From Torpedo marmorata (taxonomy: Eukaryota): DNA of 64,000 nucleotides. Position 1 is the first letter of the stretch, and every line of letters starts with the position of its first letter. The stretch lies in contig OZ360224.1 of NCBI GenBank assembly GCA_977017645.1, forward strand, positions 20,150,001 to 20,214,000. The letters run 5' to 3'. The notes beneath the pieces are model-generated. The model was not told the origin of the DNA. It ran no database searches and saw only the letters and a program-made list of their open reading frames with translations. Shown here piece by piece: positions 1-11,597 of this stretch. The position numbers were made by a program, and so were the translations under genes.

Positions 1-1508
1 CGCGCAGATCGACCGATTATACTCCCTCCATAATGACCTCTGCCACCCAGGAGTTACCAGGCTGTTCCATTTCATTAAAGCACGGAACCTGCCTTTCTCC
101 CTGGACGAGGTCAAGACCATGACCAGCAGCTGCCGAGTCTGTGCGGAATGCAAACCGCAGTACTACCGCCCCGACAGAGCACAGCTGGTCAAAGCCACCC
201 GCCCGTTCGAACGTCTCAGTATAGACTTCAAGGGCCCCCTTCCATCCACGAACCGCAATGTGTACTTTCTTAATATCATCGATGAGTACTCGCGGTTCCC
301 CTTTGCCATCCCCTGCCCAGATACCTCGGCGGCGTCGGCTATCAAGGCTCTCCACCAGGTTTTCACCGTGTTCGGGTTCCCCAGCTACATCCACAGCGAC
401 CGGGGGTCCGCGTTCATGAGTGGGGAGCTGCGACAGCACTTGCAGACCCGAGGCATCGCTACCAGCAGGACCATGGGGTACAACCCACGGGGGAACGGAC
501 AGGTGGAGAGGGAGAACGCCACAGTATGGACAGCGACACTACTGGCCCTCAAAGCAAAAGGGTGGCCAGTGGCTCGCTGGCAGGAGGTTCTCCCGGACGC
601 CCTCCACTCTATACGATCCCTCTTATGTACCGCCACTAACACTACCCCTCACGAACGTATCTTTTCCTTCCCCAGGAAATCGACCACTGGAACTACACTC
701 CCTGCCTGGCTGACGTCCCCGGGGCCCGTGCTACTCCGCAAACATCTTCGGAGTAGCAAGTACGAGCCCTTAGTCGAGAGGGTGCAGCTGATCCACGCGA
801 ACCCGCAATACGCATTCGTTGTTCTCCCCGACGGGCGGGAGGACACGGTGTCAATACGGGACCTGGCGCCTGCATGAGCGTCTGAAGAGGTCCCCGACAG
901 CGGGAACACCGGGTCGCAGCTGCCCCCTCCGGACCATCCGCCTCCCAGCACGACGTTGTCTCCGTCACAGCTGGTCTGGCCACTAGCCAGGCAGGAGGTG
1001 AACCACCCTACTGTACCTACTCCCACCCCACAGCCACTACCATCTCCGCAGGTACCACGATTTCCCACCCGTACCCTCATTCCACAACCATTACCATCAC
1101 CGCTGACGCTACGCAGGTCACGGCGGCACATCCGGCCGCCGGCGAAACTCGATCTGTAAATGAAGATAACTGTATATATTCTATGTATATGTGTTTTTTT
1201 TTTTCCCTACGGTATCCACTTCACCCCCCCCGTCGGACTTGTTCTAAAAGAAGGGGTGAATGTGGTAAACCACTTTATATGTATTGTGGCCTGAGGCAGG
1301 TATGACCATGACCTGTCTGTCTGTCCCGGTGACCCCTCCCCTTTTACCTGGAATAAAGGCCTTGAGCCAGCAACTCCTCCCCCAGTTCCGGGACAATCCA
1401 GCAGGGATCATCAGGTCAAGTCATAGCTAGCCCTGGCTTGATTCTGCTAATAAAAGCCTGTTAATTCCTGCACTTCTAGACTCGTGTTGGTTATTGATAG
1501 GTACGTCA
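1..1508 (+). mobile_element. 3' end of a Gypsy LTR retrotransposon (integrase, PPT, 3' LTR); same lineage as 27132-31550
   Basis: Integrase ORF 119-877; PPT aagaaggggtgaa 1248-1260; LTR 1261-1508 (TG..CA) with aataaa; protein highly similar to the pol at 27891-29819. Confidence 0.93.
119..877 (+). CDS. Gypsy integrase core (partial pol)
   Basis: CRVC zinc-finger half; DFKG / SDRG / VERE give the D,D-35-E triad. Confidence 0.9.
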   Translation: MTSSCRVCAECKPQYYRPDRAQLVKATRPFERLSIDFKGPLPSTNRNVYFLNIIDEYSRFPFAIPCPDTSAASAIKALHQVFTVFGFPSYIHSDRGSAFMSGELRQHLQTRGIATSRTMGYNPRGNGQVERENATVWTATLLALKAKGWPVARWQEVLPDALHSIRSLLCTATNTTPHERIFSFPRKSTTGTTLPAWLTSPGPVLLRKHLRSSKYEPLVERVQLIHANPQYAFVVLPDGREDTVSIRDLAPA

Positions 1509-2720
1509 GCATCTCTATTTTAAATGGGCACACTTCAATCCTGAAGTTGTGCCCTCTTCCTCCAGACTTCCCTACCATGGGAAACTACTTTGGCACATCT
1601 ACTCTGTTCAGGCCTTTCAAATTTCGAAGTGCATTCTATGAGGTTCCCCCCTCATTCTTCTGAACTCCGAGGAGTAAAGTCCAAGAGCCGTCAAACATTC
1701 CTCATATTCTAATCCCTTCATTCCAGGAATCATTCTTGTGGATTATTTTTGAACTCTCTCCAATGCCAGCACATCCTTTCTTAAATAAGGAGCCAAAAAC
1801 TGTACCCCATACTCAAAGTGAGGACTCACTAGTGTCATATAAAGCCTCAACATCACTTCCCTGCTCTTATATCCTGTTCCTCTAGATATCAATGCTAACA
1901 TTGCATTTTCCTTCTTCACCAAAACCTGACATCCTTCCTGTATTGGGCAACCAGAATTGCATACTTTATTCCAAGTGCAGCCTATCTAAAGTTTTATATA
2001 GCTTCAACATAACCTCCTTACTTTTATACAGGTAGTCCTTGACTTATGACCGTAATTGGGACCGAAGGATTGGTCGTAACTCGAATTGGTCGTAAGTCGG
2101 ATTCACCCTACCGCGCATGTCTTAATGAGGTCTTAAAGCAATTTTTCAAAAACATTTTCAACAAATGAACCTTTAATGCGCAGACGCGTATTTTTTTAAA
2201 AAGAAAAATTCGGTCGTATGTGCGTGTGAACATAACTCGCGTAGGTCGGAAGTCGAGGACTACCTGTACTCAATGCCTCACCCAGTGAAGCATCTGCCTT
2301 CTTTAACACTCTATCCACTTGTGTGGCCACTTTCAATGAGCAATCTACCTGGACCCCCAGATCCCGCTGCACGTTAATAATTTTACGAGCCCTACCATTT
2401 ACTGTATGTGTTTCCCTTACATTTGACCTCTCAAAGTGCAACACTTTACACTGTCCAGATTAAACTTCTGCCATTTCTCTGCCCATATCTGAAACTGATC
2501 TATTTCCTGCTTTATTCTTTGATAACCCTCTACACTGTCCACAACTCCACTTGTCTTGTATCATCTGCAAACCTACTAACCCACCCACCTACGTTTTCAT
2601 CTGTCATTCATGGCAATCACAAACAACAGGGGTCCCAACACCAATCACTGTAGAACACCATTGGTCACCAACCCGAATAACAGATTTCCACCACTAACCT
2701 TTGTTTTCTATGAGCCAGCT
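1509..2720 (-). mobile_element. Degenerate CR1-clade LINE ORF2 C-terminal fragments
   Basis: Minus-strand peptides such as QRDLGVQVDCSLKVATQVDRVLKKA and LAPYLRKDVLALERVQ are typical of CR1 ORF2. Confidence 0.75.
2029..2266. mobile_element. Tc1/mariner-type MITE inserted in CR1
   Basis: TIRs caggtagtccttgactt / aagtcgaggactacctg; TA duplication at 2027-2028 and 2267-2268; no ORF. Confidence 0.85.
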
Positions 2721-2725
2721 AATTT

Positions 2726-2970
2726 TGTATCTAAACCACTGTATATAGGTTGTGTCTGTGTAAGCTGTCTAGACATGTCTGGACACGTCCCTCTGCTGAC
2801 TGTTCCTGTGGCTCCTCCCACAGACTACCTGAATAAAGGCGATTGTGCCACTGCTCCTTCCCCAGTCCAGGACAGACAACCAGCACGGACGTGGCTCCAT
2901 TCTATTGTTAATAAAAGCCTTTCAGTTCCTATACAACTTCTAATCTTTTGAAGTAATTGATGGCGCCTCA
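2726..2970 (+). mobile_element. Solo LTR related to the LTRs at 1261 and 27132
   Basis: Shares taaaccact, gaataaaggc, aataaaagcct and the attgatgg..tca end; no clear TSD. Confidence 0.75.
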
Positions 2971-3959
2971 GATGCGTAGCAGCCTGGCTATCAATGAAGG
3001 CTTAATGTACCTAGACATTTAAAATGGTGTTGTCATTAAGCCTTCAGCATCAGTAAAAGTTGATTATTTTCTCAGTGTCATTATTTATGCCAATAAAATC
3101 TGAAACTCTGCACAGAGTTAAATATGGCATGAAGGCTTCAGTCTATTTCAATTTTGGCAGTGGTTGGGAAGAAGGATGCATTTGACGGTCAGGGAACAGA
3201 GTGTGTGGCAGGGCCTGAATACAATAACTTCAGTCTGGTGAAAATTTGGAGGAAACTTTGACTCACTTAGTACTGGATATAGAACAAGCCATCTGACAAT
3301 TGAAAGACTGTGTCTGGTATAAAACCGTAGTGTAAGGGAACATTAACAATCATCATACCTGCGGAAAATGATGTTGCCGACCAAACATCTGTCTGCAAAA
3401 TGCCAAAAGAAAAATCAACTGTTATGAAGTTGAAAATTGGGTTAATGGGACAATTTTGCACATATGTTCAGGTCTGCTAAAACTGGTCATTAACGGTCTT
3501 TATAGGGCATGAGTTTTGTGCACCCTCAGGCTATTTCGCTGACAAACAGTTAGTGCATCACTTTTTTTCTCACAACTGAAATATCTAATGTCTAAAATGG
3601 AAAATAAACATTATAAAACCATTAAGTAGTTGCTAAAAATTGTTACCCACTCCTGTAATTTCCTTTATTTTGGCAGTTTAGTGTTTGCTGGAAAAGTCTT
3701 CTTGCTTTAACAAAGTTATTTGAAAAACTGGAGAACACATTTCAAAAGTTTGCATCTCTCGAAGATTTTTTTCATGCTGAGTAAACTGGTTTAAAATGAT
3801 AAAGCAATTTAAAAAGCATATGGTTTGGATGTGTCTGGGGCAGGGGGGGGGGAATTAAACGTTTCACACCTCTTATTTCATCTCTACAATAAACAAGTGC
3901 AAAGGAAATTAATTGTGTTTATTGGATGCCTATCATCCAGATCTTTGGGTTTTGCTTTC

Positions 3960-4500
3960 AGAGCCCATCAGGACAATATACCAGTTAAACAACATCACTG
4001 CTGATTCAATTACTTTCATCAGCATATCAGAAGTAGGGATGCACACTGATGATTGTATCATTCATAACAACTCAAATATTGTCTGTACCCATATGCATGA
4101 AGATCTTGATCAAAATTCAGACTTGTCTGATAACTAGCAAGTAACTTGCATGGTATGTGGCAGGAAATGTCTGGAAGACTTTCCAAGGCTCTAAAGCTCA
4201 ATAATACTACCACATCAGAGGCTGGGTCATTCACACCAAAAGTCTGTTCCTCCCTTCTAACCAGAACCCTCACCTATCTAAACCTCAAAACCTTTCAACC
4301 ATCTGCAAGAAAAAAATGACAGGTTGAATATTCTTCACTTACATTGTATGTGGATTCAACACACAAAGCGGCTTTTATCCACCACCAATGTTTACCTGCA
4401 TTGTGCCTGCAGCGTATAGCATTGACAAAAATCACTGAGCAATCCTCTGAAATTTATTCAACAGTCCTTCCCAGTTTTGCAACACTTTTTCTACCTTCTA
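3960..4500 (+). mobile_element. Very old CR1/L2-like LINE remnant
   Basis: Peptide ISEVGMHTDDCII resembles the FADD region of a LINE RT; heavily decayed. Confidence 0.35.
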
Positions 4501-4547
4501 CGCCAAGGTTCATCTGAACAACACAATCTGCATTTTCTTTACTCATC

Positions 4548-4750
4548 TGGCGCGATCTGTAAGGAGTTTGTACATTTTACCCGTGTCTGTGTGGGTTTCC
4601 TCTGTGTGCTCCGGATTCCTCCCACCCTTCAAAAGAAAATGTACGGGGTTTGTACGTTAATTGGTGTTTTTGAGTGGTACGGGCTCGTGGGCCAAAAGGG
4701 CATGTTACCATGCTGTATGTCTAAAGTTAAAATTTAAATTTAAAATTTAA
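4548..4750 (+). mobile_element. V-SINE (5'-truncated)
   Basis: V-domain-like ggagtttgtaca..gtgggtttcctc..gtgctccggattcctccca; (aatttaa)n tail. Confidence 0.75.
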
Positions 4751-5899
4751 ACCTGACATGGAACTTTATTGAACTTTCTCGTCACTGGATTATAATTCTG
4801 GAATTCCTCAACTAGTGGACAGAGGTGCTATGATTCAAGAAAGTTCTTCAAGTCCAGTACCCACTCAAAGCTAAATTGGACAATAAATAAATCTTAACCC
4901 CCTAACCCATGTAATAATTGAAAAAAAATTGCTCCAAGCCAATCTTTTTGGGATGGAAAGTTGGATATGTTATTAATTCCACTGTTTTTACATTAATTCA
5001 CGTTGAAGGTGGTTGGGAATTCATGCATTATTATATAATGATACAAATGTCTGAATATTAAGTAATAAATTAGCTTGATTCACTTCTAATAGTGCTGAAT
5101 GTAATAGCACAGCATGGCAAAGCATCATGACTGAAAAGTCAAATCTATATACAGTATGTAGCTCCTGCAACAGAATATAATTGCAATCTTTTTCAGGTTT
5201 ATCAAATTCCTTTACCACTTTTTTAAATCAATAGTTTTAAAACATTAACATCTTCACTAATGTAGTGAAGAAAAGGAATTTAAAACTCTTGCAATAGCAC
5301 ACATACATTTTTATACAAAGTGGCTTTTCAACAGAATGCCAAAACAGTTTCCTAGCACATTCCAAAACTACATTGCCTTGTGAGAAAGGAAGTTAATACA
5401 ACTAACCTGTTTGTTAACAAAACAAATTGATTTTAGGGAATGAAAATGGCTTACTTAATGTGGTGTAAAACTTGATCTGATCAAATGATGGGAGGATTCT
5501 GCTGATAATGAAAATAAGAAATAAGGATTCACAGAGTACACAAACAACCCTCATAACAAGTTGAAAAATGAATGGTGTCCTTATTTCTGCTGGCTTGACA
5601 CCAAGGTCTAAATGAAATAGAATGGAAATTAATGATGAAATGAATTAAGCCATTTACGAGGAACTTGTGGCACAAAGTACAGCACTGAGTCTTGTTTCTT
5701 ATTTGTCTTTGAATGTTCCCTCTGTTCATTTTTAAAAAAGATCTGCATTTGTCCTGAATTTTACAGCTGGGTGTCTTGGAAGGGTTGGGGTCCAGGCTTT
5801 GATTATTTTTAAGGTTATTAATAATTTCATGTTTAAATTGTGGCAGGGAAGAGTTTCTCAATTCATTGTTCTTGTAATGAAAATATAACTTCATTAGAA

Positions 5900-6200
5900 G
5901 GAGGCGATTCAGCCTGTGAAGTCTGTGTCAGCTCTCAGAGAAATCTACTTATTTGCCAGTAACGCATCCTCTCCCATTTGTCCTTTTGCATCCCCTCTGA
6001 CGTTTTGACCATTCACCTATTCTAAGAGTAATTAATAAGCCATAAACCCGCAAGTCTTTGAAATGGGGAGGAAACAGGAGCACTTGAGGGAAATCCACGA
6101 AGTCTCAAGGAGAATGTACAAACTCCATACACACAGCGTCAGAGATCAGAATCAAATCTAGGGCTGCAAGACAACTGCACTAACCCGAATCACCATCAAG
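5900..6200 (-). mobile_element. Diverged V-SINE
   Basis: Reverse complement of the V-domain (gaggaaacaggagcac..gagaatgtacaaactcca). Confidence 0.6.
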
Positions 6201-7110
6201 CTGCTCTCACCTTTAATTCTTTTTCTTCTATTTCTTCTTCTCTTTGTTCTTTTTGTTTTTTCTTCTTTTTGTTGTTGTTCTTCTTCTCTTCCCCCTTGGT
6301 ATCAGGGATAACTCCGAGATCTTCTCAGTCTCCTCCTCTTCCTAGATGCGGACGATGGGATCACTGATTTGTGACAGGAGTTCCTCTCTGCCATATTTTA
6401 GAATTTCAGCAAGGAACTCTTATTATTGGAACAGCATGGCAGGAGAGAAGACTGGATAGGTGAAGGCAAAATTGCACAACTAATCCTCCTGGTTCCACAA
6501 AGAAAGTTACTCCTTCACTTTAAAAAAGGGCGTCTTATTTCCATCATATTCCCCGGTTGGAAGCCACTATCATAATTAATTGCATCAAGAGTAAGTGTGG
6601 TAACTTCAAGAGATCCAGCAGCTTTGTGTGAATTTCTTTGCCATATGTAACCCCCAAAAGTCTTCAGTAAAAAAAAATCAGTTAAATAAAGCCAGTGATT
6701 TTCAATGTTCACCCAGGTTTCTATTGAGCACATGAGGTTACTTTGCATATGCTGGGGCAACTATTGGAACTAGGTACAACTCATCTCATATAGTTGGTTG
6801 AATTTGGGTCTTAAACATTGGGTTGAATAAAGAGACTCCATGAAATGAGCGGTCCATCTATTTCAAGTTGTTTTGTTAGATGTTTAACATTCACCTTTGC
6901 ACAGTACACCATTTATTTACCATTTTTATTGTGAGAAAATGCATGTTAAACAATGCAGAAAATGATAATCTGCTCAAAATCATTAAATAAAAATAGTTGA
7001 AGTATTTCCTGGGAAATAGTGCTCAAGAAATATTTTCATGATTAATTTTATCCCAAATATGTTTGTGCTCATTATTTATCAATTTCAATCTATCTTTAGT
7101 AAAAGGCAGA

Positions 7111-7978
7111 TGTTATGGACCATGACTGACCATTTGGAATGCGGACGGTCAGCAGGAAGGATAAAGTCTTTTGGAGTACACACTGGGATCAGGTTCTGAA
7201 AGAGTTAACTTGCCCAGGACTTGGTGTACCCAGAGAGAGAGAGACACCAGAGAGAGACAGGCTGTTAAAAGATACTTTGTTGCACTTTTGCAAAAGCAGG
7301 TGCAAACCTTTGCAAAAAGCAGGCAGTTTGGAGTTGCAAATGCTAGAGAACACAGCAAAATCCAGGCTTGTGCATCCCAGGGAAAAAGGCAGGGAGAATA
7401 GCACATGTCCTCCTGTCTCAGCAAAATCCTGAGTTAAAGCAACTTTTGTGGAGAACAGGCGTGAGATCAGCGAGACCAGCTGTGAGATCCAAGTACACGC
7501 CTCAATCAGTGGTATACTGATTTGGAGTCGCAATGCTCGTGAATCTCTACCAAAAAGGAAAGTCATCAGAGAAGAAAAGCAAGCCAAGTATTTGTAAGCA
7601 TAAACAGTCATTGTCTCTCTCCAACGTTCATTAAGAAGTCCTTCTTGCCAGCACACAGAGCTGAATTTGGATCCTGAACATGGAGAGTGAATTTTTGTGG
7701 ACTGTATTATTGTTTTCTGACTGACTTGTTTTTATGACTGACCTGGGGTTTTTGGGGAAAGTTTTTCCATTTTTACATGAGGGTTGGGCACAGACTGTAA
7801 TGGTCTGGGCTTTACACACACACGCACACACCTTTTAGATAAGAATAGTGTTTATAGACGTTTATAGTGGGGTTAATTGTTGTGAAATTATATGTTTAAT
7901 TGTCTTTAATAAATATAAATTTCAATTTTACCCCTTTTGCATTGCGTCTTCTGTCGTTGCTGGTTTGAATTTGTAACA
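7111..7978 (+). mobile_element. Solo LTR of the Gmr1-type family
   Basis: tgttatggac..ttgtaaca termini match the LTR at 34364-35300; flanks caga/cagt (3 of 4 TSD match). Confidence 0.92.
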
Positions 7979-10900
7979 CAGTCTTCAAACATGATTGGGG
8001 ATGTTTGTATTCAAAATTCCTCATTTTATTGAGCTATTCCTAAAGATTCAGTACAACACACCAGCAACCATTTTATATAGTGTTTAGGGTTAATGGATAA
8101 GAATTATCTATAAATTTAATGCCCCTGAATAATGCTTCTGCAAAATTAGGGAAACCCAACAAAACAAGCCTACCTCTTACATACAAAAGGTCTCCTTTGC
8201 AGTTTAAAAGGTGAGTAAACAACTGCAATTCAAAATAGAATGGATGGTAACTTATTTTAAAAGATGAACAATTGAAGGTTCCTGACAAGAGACTTAAAGA
8301 GGTTGCTTTGTGATTATAATTTCAGACTGCTATAAAAAGAGTTGTAAAAATAATGTAATTTTTAAACATATTGAATTGCATGCAGATACAATGCACAATT
8401 AATGATAAATTGAAGCATATTAACCAGAGGCTTCATAAAACCTCTCAGCATCATTTTGAGATTTAACACAGCTCTGCCTGCAGTGAGTAAACCTTTGATC
8501 ATTCCAGCTATGTTTCAGGAGTGAAGTGGCAATTGACAGTATTTGTTGATTAATGAGAGATGCAACAACTTCTGTGATGGTAAACTACGGTAATTGCAAA
8601 GAACCTCAAATACAAATTATGAGAACGCAAGCCAATTGTTTAATATATTCCCATCCAGTAAACTATGTGTTAATTGAATTTTGAAAACAAAATAATTGGT
8701 ATGAACATAACATTGGAAATGTTGTTTTGTTTACCATGCCTGGAGGCATTTTCAATATTTTCTTTCTATTGTACTGTAATCTCTTCAACCTGCTGAGATT
8801 GATTTGGAACAGATTGTCCCATGAATACAGAAAACTTTTCATCAAATAATCCCATGCTAAAAGAGTGTAAAACAGGTCAAAGATGGTTTGAACTCCCATG
8901 GCCTTATGAAATCATCCATTTTGAAATCTTAACATCATTCTTCAAGGGGAATAATCAATTTAGTGCCACAAGTTACTAGTAAGGGCCTCTTTTGTTGTAC
9001 ATCAGGCCTACGAGGCTTGACATTGCTTCCCATCACACAAACCTTCTGCAGTAATTAGGGACAAGAATTTTACATTTTAAACATGCTCAGCTTGGAAAAA
9101 TACCTCAAATATTTGCACTATTTTTCCTCTTACAGTTGAATTGAACAGGTCTTTTCTAAATAAATATAATTGACTAAACCAAATTTTCAAATGAGTGCAG
9201 CCAAGATATTTCAGTGCAGCCTTGCAACAATATTTTTCAAAAATAGGAGAGAGTGAACAGTATTTTGTTGTTAACCATACGTATATGGAGGTCTAATCAT
9301 TGTAATTCTCCTATAGCAAGTATTTTTGTAAGTTTGCAATGGGGCAAATGGAAAGATTTCCTCCATATGTGTTACTTCAAGGTGGCCTCTATTCAACTCA
9401 ACTGTGAACATTGGTCCATTTCATGATTCCCTGCTAAATTGGCATTAAAACTGACAAGGAGGTATGAATTCAAATCTCACCCCCTCACCAGTTTAAAAAG
9501 TAGGAATCAGTCTTACTGATTGAGATGAAGAATTTGACGGAGTGTAGAAAATGTCCTTGTTTATTGTGTGAGTTATCGGCATGTCAGTTATCAGGTGTTC
9601 CGTTTGGGAACTAGCAAGCTGGTCAGTTTAGAATTGCTCTAAATATTTTTTGAGGATGCGAGATGTTTTATTGGTTTCTTGAAAACGCACGCTTTGTTCA
9701 GAAATCTGGAACACAGGAATCCATGAATAAACTTGCAATCACTCAGGATGTATTGTAGCCAAACTCTGGAGGGAAATAATACTTCAATTATATCTCATCA
9801 CATATCTATTGATATAAAAATATGTCCAATTTGAGCTTTGGCTTTCTACATTCTGTCAGCATGTGAGAAGGAAGTAAGCAGACTGCTAACTAAAGCATAA
9901 CCCACTATTTGCTACTCTAAAGAGGAAAATGAGTCATCTTAGAATATAACGGATTAACTGATCACCCCACCATGAAGAATTACTCTGTTTTTAAACTTTG
10001 TCACAACTCCTCAGAACTTCGATTATTAACAATAGGTCTCAAACGGAACTATATTTTGTTTTAGATGGTTGACTTAAATACTCTTTGTGGCATTTATTGG
10101 TGTGATTTGAATGGCAGACTGATTACACTACTACCTCACTGAAAGTATAAGCAACTTTTCCTGTGAGTACAGAAAGAGAATTTCTAGAAGACATTGGATG
10201 GTTCCATTTTCAAATGGTACAAACAAGAAGCACATTTAATTTCATATGAGCAGATTAAATTAATTGAAATTAATGTGACACTTACTGATTTAGATTTTGT
10301 TACTGTTTACAACGTGGCTGCTTCATCAGTATATGTTAGCTGATCCAGATATTAACACAGCTCAACAACTTATCCATTCAATCACAAGTAGAATCTAGGT
10401 GGTGAAGATCTGAAACAAAAACACAGGAATTGCTGAAAAGCTCAGTAACTTAAACAGTTTCCCTAGAGCAGGAATTCGAATTCATGATTCATCCACCAGA
10501 AAAGTTCTTGCACTCTTTACATACTGGTCTGCAATTTCCTGAATTTCTGTTTTTAAAACTCATCTCTTTAGAATTTTGTTAATTTTACTCATTCCCACGA
10601 TACTGGCAGCCAAACAATATCATCAGTTTTTAATTTGTAGAATCACTGAGCATCAATTCTAGCCACTGCAACAGCCAAATGGTTACTCTGTTCCTGTATT
10701 TCTTTACCTACCAGGTAACAATTCATCAGCAAGTGCCACTGCTCATGAAATCTCACACTGAGATTTCAATGTGACTGCAGCAAACCATTCAACTCTGGAT
10801 ATTCACAAACAAGGTCATTCCTATTCTTCGAAATGTGCAACGATGCTTTCTGCAGTAATGATAAGATAATGATGAAGGAACATAATAAAATAATGCAGGA

Positions 10901-11597
10901 ACTGTAAACATTCATACATAAGGCAGCCTCTTTGTTCAGAGAAAATAAGAATAGTATTTCAGGTAGATGACTTTCGCTAGAATTGGTTCACTTTATGTTT
11001 CAATTAAGGGTAAAAATCCTGACCAATTTTCTTCTTTGTTGTTTCACAAAAACTGAGACCAAATTACAGCACAATCCTGTTTCTTCAAATAGGATCAATA
11101 AATTTATCCAGTGGGGAAATGAAACCAGAAAACCGTTGGTATATGTGACTCAACGAATCATATAATGGTAATAAGACATTTTTATGGTGTTTTTTTCTCT
11201 TCAGTATAAACTGTCAATGTTTAAATGAGTTTAGGAAAAAAGAATTCATGCATTAGATGATATGCAGTTGTTGTTAATTTGGCAAATTAACAACAAATTC
11301 TATTCTATAGAATACAAATTCTATTAGAAAGGAATTGTAATCTGAATAAGGTATCATTGTAGCGCGTCGCTACGGTTATAGCTCTGCCCGTCGAGTTGGT
11401 CGTCGCTCTAGTTCTGGAGCTCAGGAGTGAGATGCACACCCTCTGAGCGTCAAGACAGAACTGCCTATTCTACTGTCGGCTCTGCCTTTTATAGGCGGGC
11501 CGAGCCTGACTTCTGCGTCACGGATGGGGCGTGGCCTAAGGCGCGACGCCCAGGATTGGTCGGGCCACGACCCATCCTTAGGGATTGGCCCGTTCCC

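Noticed and set aside
6206-6360. Lys/Glu-rich minus-strand exon ending at GTGAG
   Set aside because: Low-complexity purine tract, with stops in all frames from the plausible acceptor.
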